Source: Massalongia carnosa (taxonomy: Eukaryota). Taken from it: a DNA stretch of 64,000 nt. Position 1 is the first letter of the stretch; each line of letters opens with the position of its first letter. The notes under the pieces are model-generated. The model ran no database searches. It was not told where the DNA came from and saw only the letters and a list, made by a program, of their open reading frames with translations. Of this stretch, positions 12,421 to 25,953 are shown piece by piece. The DNA is taken from contig OZ287068.1 in NCBI GenBank assembly GCA_965645245.1, positions 2,294,001 to 2,358,000 on the forward strand. The letters are read 5' to 3'. Made by a program: the position numbers and the translations under genes.

Positions 12421-15013
12421 TCATTCATGCGGTACGCATCCCTCTTCCGCCAACTTGGCCAAATCCGCCACCGTCAGATGCTACAGTGCGTCTACAAAAA
12501 ATCTTCCTAGACGTCGCTGCCGCCGTACGTGTTCTTCGACGTCACGGGATCCATCAAGCTCTCAGGGATATTCCAAAACGCCGCGATCCAGCTAGAGTCT
12601 ACCGTCTGCGTACCCCAGGTCATTTCCTCGTGGCGCTTCTACGCCACTTCGATGGCGATGTAGCCATCGGCGCGCTTGTCGACGACTTTGAGTCCATGGA
12701 GGCGCGTATGGCGAAGGAGGTTCAGCATGCGGATATCAGCCCACTCGGCAGCCCAGTGGAGGACCCCTTCATCGTGCCACTTCTTATGGCAGGTGTAAAC
12801 GTCAATACTAGAGATAGTCGAAGGCACACACCGTTCATGGACGCAATTGGCGCAAATCTCCCAGATGCAGTGCGGATACTCCTCGATCACGGAGCCGATA
12901 TCGACGCCGCCGATGATGGCGGCTGTACCGCTCTCCACCAAGGGGTACAGAGCAACAGCCACGAAGTCCTCGCCGTGCTCCTAACCGCCAACCTACAGCA
13001 CAACCTCCACGACCACAATAACCGCACTGACTGGATCGGTATACGACATGGCGCTTAGTAGAGCCATTCGCTTCCTATTGTCCGCTTGATTCACTTTAGC
13101 GCCATACTCGAGAAGTGGCTTCATGCAGATTACGTCGTAACCTTTCAGCGAAGAGATTAGGGGGCTTTGGCCGATTCGGTCGGGTTTGTTTGGCGACGCT
13201 CCATGGCGCACCAGTGTTTCCAGGGATTTATTGTCGCCCCGCCTAGGCCAGGGCAGTCCACGCGTTTGCGTCTCCTTGGTCGATTATCGAGCGATCGCGC
13301 ATCAACTCTTCTTATTCTAGTCCATTTGTAGGATTTGAAGAACGATTTTATGGATCCGCGTAAACCTGCGCCATTCTTTTTTAGACTCGGGGATTGGGAA
13401 AAGGGCACGCATCTCATTTCGTCCACCCGCCAAGCTGATGCATTTGGTGTCCCGTGAAAGCAATAGATACTGCTCCATGCCATGTGGCACGGAGTCCTTG
13501 AGTAGCTGAGCGACCTGCGGCTATCTCTATGAATGGTAGTACTTACTCTTGAGTTCTGTTTTCGAGACATGGTTCAGATCCCATCTGAAGCAGAACTTCA
13601 ATTACCTCCACATTGCTCCTTCCTAGGGCATACTACACCTTCATTAGAAAATGCATGACTAATATATGGAAATACTTACCTGCGACGGTGAATGTCCAGA
13701 GTCGTCGGTCGCATCCAGAACTGAAGCTTTTCAGGAAGTAAGGAGAGATTTGACAGACTCTGCGTTGCCATCGCGGCAAACCCTGAAAACGGCCTCACTG
13801 CTGCTGCGTGTGTTTAAGGTACGCAACGAGATATCAAGGCTCTTGCAGTCGGGGATTCTGGTTGCCATGGATATCATTCGCGCAAGAAACCATTATGGGA
13901 AATAATAGTTAATTTGCAGAAACCCCTCAGAAGAGCGTTGACGGGCTTGATTGTTGCACGAAGGGGTCAATACAGGCAAGCCTGCGTAGCCAATGAATAA
14001 AGTGCCAAGAAAGGACTGTAGAATCTGGGTTGTGTGACCCCGTGTATGCGTGTGACAGCAGCAGTCACACCATGACTTGCACTTTTGCCGTCGTAAAAAT
14101 CGCATTCGCAGGGAGCTGAAGCTATCCTCTCAGAACAAAGAGCCTGGATAGTCACTATACCTTCGATGCGAGATATGTTGACTAGAGGAGATAGATTTGA
14201 CGAACTCCAATTTCTCTTTCTCGGGGCTACCTGGGATAGAATTCTCGATTAGTATTAAACGCTAGTAGTATACCTGCTGAGTTTCCAGCATATGAGCAAA
14301 TGCTTTCTCCAAAGTGTTACTATGAGATGTCAGCTTTTCAGTTATTGCAGCCTGTCCCTGCTTGGTGACGAAATGGAACTTTTGAAGTTGGGCCTCTAGA
14401 CGGAAGGATTTAGAGCTACATTGAGATCAGCAGTTGGGTAAAAATTGGAACCTTTCAATAGTGTGGCGTAGAAGCAAACATCGAAACTAGTACCCTCCAC
14501 GTAACTGTTCATAGATGCATAATTGCAACATGGACGGAAGCGTAGTGAACCCTTACACGCATCACGAAATTTCATAAGATCCACTCACGAAGTCACAACC
14601 CCCAATGCCGCACTTACGTTGAGTCTTACTATTCGAAGATCCTATTTTGTCCTATTAACCTTGTCTTGCTCCCTTAGCCAGCCGAGTTTATTCAATGTGC
14701 CCATTCGAGTCATAATTCGGGTTTGCACGATTGTTTCCATCTCCAACAGCTTATCCTTCGCTCGATCGATGCTGAGCAAGAGAGCAGAGTCCATAGGTTC
14801 ATGAGCCTTTTCTTGCATCTTCGCCTCTTTATGCTTGCGCGATAAAGGTTCCGTCTCGCACAAGACAAGGCGGAGGTCTGACACCTCACTGTTAAGAGCG
14901 AGGATCGCGGCAGGGGCTCGCTTCAGCGATGCGAGTGTATTGAGGCCAACGGCGACTTGGTTGGCGGTACCAATCAGCGTCACGATGCTGGCAGCGATTG
15001 AGAGAGGATCCAT
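12421..15013 (-). pseudogene. HeLo-like N-terminal domain plus ankyrin-repeat protein pseudogene, with internal inversion 12765-13028
   Basis: Start MDPLSIAASIVTLIGTANQV..APAAILALNSEVSDL resembles fungal STAND N-terminal domains. Ankyrin motifs include LLEYGAKVNQAD, LLDHGADIDAADDGGCTALH and VLHWAAEWAD. Premature TAGs at 14642 and 12639. Confidence 0.8.
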
Positions 15014-15210
15014 GTTTCCGTCGCGCACTAACGATAAAGACCGAGGAGCTGTGTCATCGTGCTCGCCCCCTCCAGAGGATCTGCATGGGTAATATCATAA
15101 AATCGAAGACTCCAAATCTATAATCCAGTTCTTATGCACTTCAGCAACCATGAAAGATCCAATAACCTAGCAGTATTAATGACGCTAGGCCAGCGTGCTC
15201 TACAGTTTCA

Positions 15211-15639
15211 ATAGATTACTGTCATTGTTAAGATGAACAATTGACGGCACAATGTTAAAACTACCACGGAGGTGGCTGCTTATACATAGCAGTCATGGCA
15301 GCCTACAGGGCTAAGCGAGTATTCTAGCAGTCATTGCGATAGCATAGGTGCATAGGTAAATATCTTCTAGGCGAACAGTTGGAACCGGCAGACTGATCCG
15401 CACGAATTTAAAATAAATACCGTATTAATAAATGCTAATCAGTCACGGTCTTCAAAAGCCCCAATATCAAGGAATAGAAAACGCATGATCCGAGCGTATG
15501 GTAGCTATTTTTTTTTAAAAAAAGGGGGTAAAGGAGTGTTGCCTACAGGCTACTATGACTACCATAAGCAGTCACCTCCATAGCATTTTCAACATTATGC
15601 CGTCAACTATTCATGTAACAAAGGCTAATGACTATCTAT
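15211..15639. mobile_element. Degenerate MITE-like element with ~100-bp imperfect inverted repeats
   Basis: 15211-15310 (TTGACGGCACAATGTTAAAA..GGAGGTGGCTGCTTAT) matches the reverse complement of 15541-15639 (TTGACGGCATAATGTTGAAAA..GGAGGTGACTGCTTAT). No TSD recognised. Confidence 0.6.
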
Positions 15640-16047
15640 CGAGGAAGGAATAGGACGGGATTAGGTCTAATTTAAAGGGGGTAAATGAGTCCCGAAGAGC
15701 TTTTGAGTTACGTATGGCGAGAGAGAATAGAAAGGTACCTAATTGAAAGGCTGGGTTGATGAAAATTGTTCCTCATACGACATATCTGTTTCGTTTTTGT
15801 GAGAAAATTACGTAGAGCGCGGAAAAGGTGGCATACGACATAATTCCAGGTGCTGGTTCTTGAACTCGAGACGCCGGAAACTCCAGCCGAAAACGAGAGT
15901 AATGAGTTGGTCTACCTTTTGGCCCTGTCATCGCCCAGCCTGCCCTGTGGGTCTCCAAATCTCCTTTGCACAAGCCTCCCACCGAGTTCCGGTTCTTCAA
16001 TATTACCCCCCTTGTTGGGCCTTTGGCTCCATCCGATATCCCCGTGC

Positions 16048-16702
16048 TCAAAAAACATAAGCATCATGACCATCGCTCTCAGACCCCGCCTGAGATCCAA
16101 AGGTTTCGGCAAGTTTCAAAATGTCGAGTCTTTGATCATCCTTCTCTCTTCCAGACCCGCGGTCGTCACTAAGCGTTGCCAAAAGCAATCCGTTATCATC
16201 AAGCGGATGATCAGAAAATCTTCCGGACCCACGATAGCTTTGGCCGTTGTCATCCTCAGGTATGAGGCTTGGGATACCTTCCGCAGTGTCGCTCAACTGC
16301 TGAAAGGAAATCGAAGGTTGGATCCACCCGTTTGGATCTTGCGCTGCTGTTGGTTCGGAGATTTGCTCTAATTGTCCATTGGTCGAACTTGGAGTGATAT
16401 CCGCATAAGAAAACTCTTCTGCATTTTGTTTCCTGACAAGATGATCCTGCTTGGAGCGGAAGATCAGCTTCCCCTTCGCCAATAAATTTCTAGGGTTTGG
16501 GTATTTTGCGCCAGCTGCCTGCGCAATGATATCAATTTGTAAATTTGCGGGTAAGGCGTAAATTTACTTTTTCGATCGAGATTGCAGAAGATCGCTTGGT
16601 GTTCGCCAGTGCGAGAGCTGATACCCGTTCGTGTGGAAAGGAAGATGTAGGGGTAGCAAGCCACACGCTCGTCAATCCTGAAACGAGAAGTACGAAACGC
16701 AT
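16048..16702 (-). CDS. Orphan secreted protein; intron 16567-16519; may originally have extended to 15773 via a frameshift
   Basis: Signal-like exon MRFVLLVSGLTSVWLATPTSSFP splices (GTAAAT..CAG) in frame to ORF 16048..16482. Confidence 0.55.
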
Positions 16703-18978
16703 AATATTTCATATGCTATTCTTATAAGACAGGTTGCAATGTATTCATGAAGAGTAGATAATAAACGAAAAAGCTGATTTTTTTTCGGTCTGTCGAGACT
16801 TGGAAACACCTAGGGAATACTGATATTGAAGAAGGGCCCCGCCTTATACGTCAGTCGATGAATCTCGATGGGTCGAGGCAAATATTGATCCCCCATGACA
16901 TACAGCATACATGTCGCTTTCGGGAAATCCTCATGCGACTTGAAAACGGAGCCAAGTGGACGAATTTAGTCAACATTCGTTTATCCTCTCCAGACGCGGA
17001 ACTTCCTACATAAATAAGGGGCACGGACCAAAGCCATTCAACCTCGAACACGGTCAACCTGAGCTCCGATGCAAGTCATTGGGGCTACCGAAATCCGATT
17101 CTTCAGACTTATTCATCAGGCAAATGTGGAGTTTTAATTGGAAATGGGTTGATTAAAAAGACTGATCGGCGTCTTGTATGAATGTTGTGCGATATTGAAA
17201 TTTGATTTCTATAACCACTAGCTTTGACTTCGCTTACTCTGGGGTACAAGATTCTTTAATCCTGCAAAAAGCTTACGGAAGAAGGCTGATTTACTCCTTT
17301 CGTCATACGCAGGTCGAGCCCTTGTGCCGGGGTCAAACGGCCTCAAGTTTTCGGATTCTCGATCCGATTGGCTCAAATCAACGACAATAAAAATATCCTT
17401 CCATCTTGCCTCCTTATCAAGTCATGCTAGAAGAATACCCCGGTGGCTATCACACAGTGATTATAACGGATAGCATTCTAGCTTAACCTCACGAGAGCTG
17501 ATCTTAAACAGGGATTTTCAGTCAAGTGGGAAAGCCCCAACCCTAATTGCGATTTGACGAGAATTGCGGCGCTTTGAGAAAGATATGCGTTCTCATGAGC
17601 TGGTAATAAACTGCACAAAAAGGTCTAGCCTCCAAGAAGGATTATCAGAGCGTGGCTGTCTTCTAGGATGACATGTATGCAGACCAGAATTACCAACCCC
17701 CCAAATAATCAGCTCAGCGCTGCACTTGCATTGGCGCAGCGAAAAAAGAACATCAAGCCCGAGCGCTCAGGACCTCCGAGACACATAGTTTTAGCTATTG
17801 TGAACTAGCGCTGGAAGATCTGGGGCCTCTAGACAGAACAGGTTTCGCAAGCAGATGGGTGAAACTGTCACAAACAAGATGTTGAAAGACGTGATGCAAC
17901 TCTATTCAAACTAATCAATGACGAACGACGAAATGCGAGTTTCATCATCTTATTAGCTAATCACAACCTTATGATCACAGATGGTCTTCTTGATATCTGC
18001 CCCCTGGTACCAAGACTCGGATCGGAGTAAATTGTCCTATGCAGCCAGTATGGGCTTTCTACATGTACAGTACAAGCCGTCTTGTTTCGTGTCTGGACAA
18101 CGCAACCTCAAAGGACCGAGCCTTGAAAGATACGCGGATGAGAGCGACCGTGTTCTTCATCTCCAAGTAATTGTTGATTTTGTCATCATCATCAGTCCTT
18201 GACAACAGCCCAAAGCATCACCGAGAAAGGCACTATTGACAGACGTAAGCCAGGCGGGGAGAAAGATAATCCACGGGACCAGAACGTGATGATTTGGAAT
18301 TAACTACTCCGTACGTTACCGACCCTTGGTGTACAGCTACTGAGTATAACTACCCGATAATCATAGTTACTTTGAGAAAGTACAACCCTATTCTCAAACT
18401 TTAATCGTTTGAAGTATTTGATTCAGTAAATAAATTGCTGAAGTCTTGTTTCAAATGCATGACAAATGCTCATATCGATAACTTATTTCTTCAAAAAAAT
18501 GATAATGAAATGGCACAGTTCTCAAAAGCAACGTGATCGTCGCCATGTTGGAGCATGACAAGAGCTTACCGCTACCTCGCCGTACACTTGGGAGCCCAAT
18601 TTTCAGATTTTGCAAGTCCGGGCGAGAATCAGTTCTTTGCTCACATACACGAATGGCCATATCCCACCCTGGTTTCAGTGGACTCCATGAACGTTGACGG
18701 GAGGAATGTCGAAAACTATACAGAGGTAATGCAATTGGACCCAACCCGTTTACAGGCAATATGAAAGAGGATGCTGTCGCAAGGCAAAAAATTCGAACGA
18801 TGGATCGCAGGCTGCTTCCCGCACCCCAGCGGATTTGACTTGAATAGTACTCTGCCTGCCTACGCCAACTGAATATCTCTTCTGCAACTTATTGAAGAAA
18901 ACCCTAAAACTGATTTAATAAGGCAAAGGGTATTATAATTATTATAATAGCTGATTATCGATAAATTACATCGCTGAA

Positions 18979-21103
18979 ATGGCTTCTTCCCGGCAGTTTC
19001 GAGTTACAAAATCGGGATTGCGTACTACCTTGAAAGACGAGGATAGAGAACGTTTAAAACAGGCTGTTAAGGTCTATGAGGAGGCAGAAGGGTCGTTATC
19101 TATTACGCAAGCTGCTTGGCTCCATGCGGTACCGAAAGCAACATTGTATCACAGGATAAACGGTCGCCAGGACCAGGTATCGTACGTTACTTCAAAGCAG
19201 AGGTTAACGCCCGAGGAAGAAGGATCTCTTCAGAGTTGGGTGCTACAACTTCAGTCTTGGGGATTTCCGCCTAGAATAGCGCAGTTACGCGAAATGGCAG
19301 AAGAATTATTACGAGCCAAACAGGATTTTAAAGAACTGGGCAAAAACTGGTCAGAAAAATTCCTCAACCGTCATCCTATACTTCAGTCGAAATATAGCCG
19401 TACGCTTGATCAAGAACGGTTTTTAGCTCAAAATCGGGATTCAATACAGCAGTGGTTCGATCTGTATCTGTCTATTAAGGCCCAACATGGTATATTGGAC
19501 GAGGATACATACAACATGGATGAAAACGGTTATATGATGGGTATTGCGGGGGAGTTCAAAGGTGGTATTTTCAAAATACCGGAAACAGGCATTTATAAAC
19601 CAAGCTGGTAATCGGGAATGGGCGTCCCTCATTGAAGCTATTGATACCACTGGTCATCGATTACCGTTATTTGTTATGTTAAAGGGTAAGAGATGGAAAG
19701 ATGATTGGTATCCTAGTAATATGGAACCGGGTGCTCGTATTTTACTAAGTGAAAACGGCTGCACTGATAACAAGCTCTGTTTGGAGTGGTTGCGTGACTG
19801 TTTTGAGCCAACAACAAGAGCTTACCTCCGTGGTGAATATCGAATGTTAATTGTTGACGGTCATGCATCTCATGTGTCGACTGAATTTATCCGATTTACC
19901 CGGGAACATAAAATAGTTTGTCTATGTCTACCAGCACACTCAACACACTTATCACAGCCTCTTGATGTTGGAGTATTTGGCCCTTTAAAATAAAACTATA
20001 AAACGTTGCTAGCTGAGAAAACACGGTTTACAACCTACAATATCGACAAGGCTGATTTCATTTCTTTAATACAAAAAGCTAGGCAACAGGGTATTACTGC
20101 TCGAAATATACAATCAGCATGGCGAGCTACTTGGACTTATTCCATACAATCCTTCCGCTGTCTTTGGCAAAATATCAGCTAAGCCTCATACGAACGATGA
20201 CACTCTACCTGACGCTAGTACTCCTATTCAAACGCGTTATCTTTCAGGCCAAATACCACCAACACCAGGAAACATAGAACAAGTCTCAGAGGTTGAGCTT
20301 ATATTACTATTTCGCCATCAGACTCTCGATTCCCCTAAGCTTACTCTTCTACAAAAAACCCTTAAAGCAGCCAGACTTACTATGGCTGATCGTATTGTCT
20401 TGAATCGTACTAATACGGAGCTTTTAGCAGCCAATACACGAAAAAAAAAATGAGCTCAACGTACGGGCACGCAATACGATGGTAAAGGGGCTCGCTTATT
20501 GAGTTTAGAGAGGAAAGAAGACAACTAGCTGAAAATAAGAAAAAGGAGAAAGAGGCTAGATCACAGGTAAGGAAAGAAAAACAGAACGATCGGGTATCTA
20601 AAGACCTAATGCGACTTGGACCCGACCTGATATACGGGCCTGATCCCGTAACATCTCGATCTTTACCTAAAATTAAGAAACGAGCCGATTCTATTTTTCA
20701 AAACGCTTTTCACGACCTTCTTCAGATTACACCTCATATTTTTGAGGAGACAGTTGAGGGTGACCTAGGGTTTAAAAAAACTGCTCTGAATAAAGGAAAA
20801 TGTATACCAAGAAAGAAAAACACCACTGAGTTGGTACAGGGTGATGTGGAAATAGTAGGAAAGGGGGAGAAGGAGGAAGTTTTAGAGGTTCGGGTTAGCT
20901 CGCGCGGTCGTGTCATTCGTAACACTCGTAAATTGTAGCTCTACAAGCTTATGCTAGCTACATATGATCTCTAGAACCTGTTCATCAATTCCCGAGTACA
21001 TGTGCTGGAAGTTTTGTGGATGCGGTGATAATAAATTACGAAGGTTGGTATCAAATTTGTTAGTTCCGAATAAGCGGGTGTTCCGAATAGCGGTGAATTA
21101 CGT
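18979..21103 (+). mobile_element. Fot1/pogo transposon, defective; right TIR ends 21103 followed by TA; left TIR not found
   Basis: Transposase pieces YNMDENG, IVDGHASH and QPLDVGVFGPLK*, with frameshifts and stops. The terminus GTTCCGAATAAGCGGGTGTTCCGAATAGCGGTGAATTACGT-TA contains an internal direct repeat. Confidence 0.85.
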
Positions 21104-21169
21104 TAGCTGGTTTTATACAACCCTTCGAGGGCGCTTCATATCCAGGGATCCATATTAGCGGAAGCTCTT

Positions 21170-22385
21170 CGATCAACGTAACGTGTACAAGATTTCAAGC
21201 TTAAGTATAACATAGATAGATTTCGACTAAGTTACTCTCCTTGATTAAAGTTTTCGTCCGATTCTCCTGCGATTGCATTGACAAGCGAGTCATCCATCTG
21301 TAGTATGGATGGAGGGGAAAAGCATGTCTCCAAGATTTTTGACAAGGCAGGTTTCAACTGCATGAGTTGCAACATTATCATTTAGGATTTTCATTGCTAT
21401 CTTTTCGCGGTCATTTATTGCAACCTATGCCGGGGAAAAGTTCATTTACATTGTATTACGCCTCCATACACAGCAGAATTTTGGAACAGGCATATTTATC
21501 CATAATAGCTTCGCTTTACGATGCAAGCACATTTACCTAACCTCCCACTTTGAGGGAGGCTTTTCCTCTGCTGCTGCCAATGGTGTCGTTGTCGCTAATA
21601 ACCTAGGGTTTCTGCATAGCCTAAAACCGAGTGAAGTCGTGCTTTGATTTCGGTTTCTAGTCGTTTCTGCCGTACGTAATGAACAGTCTCGGTGAAGTTA
21701 TGATTGTAAGTAATAGGGTGGCCGCTTTAATATGACTTGAGGATTTCACAGTTTGATCTCGAGTCTTCCCATCTTCTTTGCTTATTAGAAGGTTGATGAT
21801 CCATGTGCAGAAGGGCTTCTTAAGTAACAACGTCGGCTAGATGCGATAAGGCCAAAATGAGAAAATTTCTCACCGCAGCCTAACTTCTTTGAAGATGAAT
21901 ACTGGCCAACTCATCCCAAGGTTTCCATTGCTGATGGAAGATCTCATTAACTATGAGTGGATTGAACATTCCTGGAAGCTCTCCTCGGCTTCGCATCAAA
22001 AGCTCTTGGATTTTATCAATGAAATTGGCCTTATTGATATATATATTTTTGGCCTAGATAGGATTCCATACGATTACTCTACGCTGCCCAATGTCAGCCG
22101 CTTGTCAGGGTCTACTTCCACAATCTCACGCTCATGTCCATAAAGTCGCATTGCTTCCACATATTCTAGACTAAAACTTTGCAGCACAGCGGGCAGCCGC
22201 TTACTATAGCCATCTTTGGAGCTAGGATCGTTGCAAAACAAATCCCCGTAAGTACCGCCCACTGCCGCTTTGGCTAACAATTGAAACTTCCGGCTTACAT
22301 CGAGCAGGAAAAGTCGCTGCTGACCCAGTGTTGCACGAGATTTCCCAAGCCTATCGAGCCTTTCCTAGCAATCTTTGATATCTAC
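21170..22385 (-). pseudogene. Mx-like fungal dynamin-family GTPase pseudogene (middle and GED parts only)
   Basis: Manual translation gives QQRLFLLDVSRKFQLLAKAAVGGTY, RSRGELPGMFNPLIVNEIFHQQWKPW, GHPITYNHNFTETV and NAIAGESDE, with many stops and frameshifts. No GTPase domain seen. Confidence 0.75.
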
Positions 22386-23597
22386 CTTTATGTTCTAAAG
22401 TAAACTTACCTGAGCTCTCTCTTCTTTCCAACCCATCCCACCCCCCTCGTCATCCTACCTTCCAGTCCGCATCGCTAGCTTCACGGTTCCCATTCACGTA
22501 CCGTTGAGTTCGCTCGATTCTACCCCTATCCGAAGAGGCTTTTGATTGATGGTAGTCCGTTCATGACCGGCCTGCTGGCGTTTTTGATAGCCTTGGTCTT
22601 TGTAAGGTTTTCTTTTTTTCTTTTTTTCCCTTTAGAGTCCGTCTCGTGTGTTAGCTTCTGGAAGTGTTGCACGGCTTTAGCTCTTTGCGCTTGGGGGGAG
22701 GGGTTATGTTAAAAATATCTTCCTTTTAGGCTCTTTCAATCTCGTTTTTGGGGGGAGGCGAGGTTCTCTTTCCTTTCTTTCTTCTCCCTAGCTTCGTTTT
22801 CTGTGTTTCGATTTTGAGATGAATATCACTGTTTTAATTGCTATTGTCTATTCTTTCCTGATTGTTTCTTTTTCTTCTCGTTGAATGCTTAAGAGAAGTG
22901 GACGAGCTCTTGTTGGGGATTTTTTCAACATCAAGTATTATTTTAAGTACCTATTTCATATATTCATCCATCTACTCAATCATTTTTTCACCCCTCTTTT
23001 CACCCCTCTTCTTACCCATATCTTCCTTTAATCTATTTCTAAACGTCTTTCTTTCGATCCTTTCTTCCTTTCTTTTCTTTATTATTACTGCTAATTTTCA
23101 AAAAGACACATCCTTCATTCCCTATTCTGACATTTTCCATCACTTTCCCACCACGTTATGTTAATAAGTTCCTCTTGCCGGCTGCTATATACTCCCCTTC
23201 TTTCTATACCTTAGTTTCCCTCCAACGGCCGGCCCCCCCCCATCCCCCTTTCCCGTTCTGTCTCGGCTTGTCTCGTCTTTTCTCGTCCTCTCCTATCTGA
23301 CATTGCGGCTTGCTCGCCGGCTCACCGGCAGACTCTGTCGGATCTCCATGATTCTGATTCTGTCTGTCATCATCACTGTGGCTGTCACCGTCGTTGGTAG
23401 TATTGATGATGGAAGAGCGAATGAAAGAGATAGAAAAGGGGGGGTGACGCAAGAGGAATTTTGAATAGAAGATAGGCAGAAGGGGAAAACATGAGTCCTG
23501 GAAGTTTGAAGATCGCGGGTTTTCAGTATTGGACTTGATTACCATTCTCTACGGTGTTTTTTCACGTTTTATTGGGAAATTAGAAATTACCCTTGTT

Positions 23598-25953
23598 TTA
23601 CCCCCTCTCGAGGAGACCCCCACCTACCCTCCTCCTAAGCCTATCTGTCTCCGCATCGACCCTCCTTTCCTCTCTGGTCAGCTCCTTGCGGTGGGCCTTG
23701 CCAAACGACAGGGACTCCAAGGAGCGGCTTTTGCCGTGGGAGTTGGAGGTTTCCGGTGTGAGAAATTTGGTGACCAGAGCGCCGAGCAGCATGACGACAA
23801 AGAAGCTAGTCGGTTAGGCGCCGTCAGCTATTTGAAAGAAGAATAGGCTAAATATGAGGGGAGGGAAAAGGAGTTTATGGAGTGAGCAGGCAGATAATTG
23901 GAGATCCTTACGAAATCAAGAGATAGCCCACCCGCTTCGACTCCGCGGTATCGTCAACTAACTTTGTGATGACGATTTGGCCGAGGACGGAGCCGAGTTT
24001 CCCGCTCGCAGCGGATATGCCATGGCAAGTGCAGCGGTAGCGGGTTGGGAAAGCTTCCGCTGGGATCTAACGGGGTTGTTAAGGTTGGGTACGAGTTATC
24101 GAGGGTGAAAGGACTTACGATAAACGTCGTCGTATTCGGACCTGGTGAGTAGAGAATGGTCAGCGGCGGTCGATTGCGGAAACTGGCCGGTTGAAACTCA
24201 CCGACGTTGAAAAGAAGCTGGCAAAGCACGTAGACTGCTACAATGACCGCGGATCCGTTCGTATTTAGCAACAGAATATACAATACCCCCACGACAACGA
24301 ACAGCGCCGCCAACGCTAGAAAACACCACATCTGAATCTTTTTGCGGCTGAAGTTGTTCATGATCTTGATAGCGATGATCCCTCCAATCACAGCACCAAT
24401 CGATGTCGCCACGAGCGTATGCCATTCGTTACTGATGAGCCTGGAATAGGGGCCTTGGACCAGCTGTTCGTTGAACATATTTGGAACAAGCCTTGAGCTA
24501 TTGACGCCGAGAAGATAAAAGGTAAAATCCAAGAGCATCCAACTGAACGAGGTTGCAAACAAGTCAGTCCAGTTTCCTCGAGTCCAACACCCGTCAGTCT
24601 CGAAAAGGAAATTTTTAAAGTCTTTGAGGGATTGCTCGCGTGGGTGTGGATCCTCGAAACTGCCGGTTACCTGTGGATGAGCTTGAGGTATAGGAGCGGA
24701 ATCAAGTGGTAGGTTTTGTGCAAGAGGTCCTCGCAAGAAACCGCCATTCTGCATTTGACCATTGAGAGGCAGCGACTCCGGAGCAGCAAAACTCCCCCTA
24801 TGATTTCTTTCTTCGTCAGGCCCAAGCTCTTCCATTTGTATACTATCGTTATCAGTAGCAGGGTCATTGGCATTGGAATACGCCGCAGGCCAGTAATCCC
24901 TGGTTTGCATCGCTTGATTGGTGTCGTTTTTTACATCGAGAACCCAGTACACCTGGCGAGATGGTTAGTTTCTCTGAACTAATCATGCACGCACAAAACT
25001 GACAGATTCTGGTATTGTCAAGCGAGAGACGATGGCGAGAGCCGCGGGAAAGGCTCCGAGACCCGATACGAGTCGCCAAACCCTATCAACGGTTCGAGCG
25101 CATTCGGCACCAGCAGGATCCGTGAGTCTATCTACATATATCGAGCACGATTTGGGATCCTCGTTCCGGAGGATATATTCTCGGAATCCTTCAGTGGCAG
25201 CAAAGGCCATGAGCGTTGCCAAGAGTTGTCCTAGAGGCTGGAAGAAAAACACGGCGGTTACCATCCGAGCCCTGAACCTCGTCGGCGCAAACCTAGACCG
25301 CATGTAAGTGGTAATCCGATCCTCACCCTCCGCGATTGTACGCACTCTGCCGTTATGACGGCGCTGAGCGGGTAGTCCGCTCCTATCGAAACCCCCATTA
25401 TGCCACGCCAGAAGACCAGCCAAGCAATCATGGACATTGAGTTGTTGACGCCCGGAGACGCGGCGGCAAAGCCTAATGAGGCCACGATGGTGACGACCAG
25501 CTCAAGTCCGTACATCTTCCGCCGACCGTATATGTCGGCTAAAATGCCAAAAAGAACCTGTCCAATCATCGAACCCAGCAAGGTTGACACATTCATGGCT
25601 AATTGGTAATTCTCGGGTAGATTTCCTTGCCAATACACCGTCCCCAGCATGGGTATCACGGTATTGATGGCGAATATCTAGCGCTTGTTTAGTGGCCCAG
25701 CGTATGGAACCGCCGCTTTCCCCAGGCAGGCGTACGTCATACGCATCTGTCAAAAACCCCAAACCGGCCACGCAGACAATCCACCAGCCGAAGCCGGACC
25801 TTTCCAGTCGTCCCAGGACCAAATTCCGTCTCTCTTGCCATGTCTAACGAAGGTCAGGAAACTGCCCTCGGAGTTCAGGTGGGGAAAGCGTACTAATCCG
25901 TAGTTGAAACCATGGAAGCTATCGACCCAGAAACGGGGCCACCGCCACTGCAT
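23598..25953 (-). CDS. PHO84: Pho84-family MFS phosphate:H+ symporter, multi-exon
   Basis: Motifs [90 protein letters not shown] and TPET..RSLESL, separated by GT-AG introns. The symbol denotes the family; orthology was not tested. Confidence 0.9.

Noticed and set aside
12486..13058. Independent + strand ankyrin gene (190-aa ORF)
   Set aside because: Explained by the inverted segment of the minus-strand gene; its flanks are antisense sequence.
17805..17824. 19/20-nt match to the retroelement interior (CTAGCGCT.GAAGATCTGGG)
   Set aside because: Does not extend on either side; plausible by chance in 64 kb.
18312..18580. Possible left TIR and start of a Fot1 element
   Set aside because: Does not match the right TIR at 21060-21103, and the translation is too degraded to support a call.
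16850..18830. Coding-like degenerate sequence
   Set aside because: No recognisable motif and many stops in all frames.
22400..23550. Purine-skewed segment that might be a decayed coiled-coil gene or retroelement ORF1
   Set aside because: No diagnostic motif or termini found.
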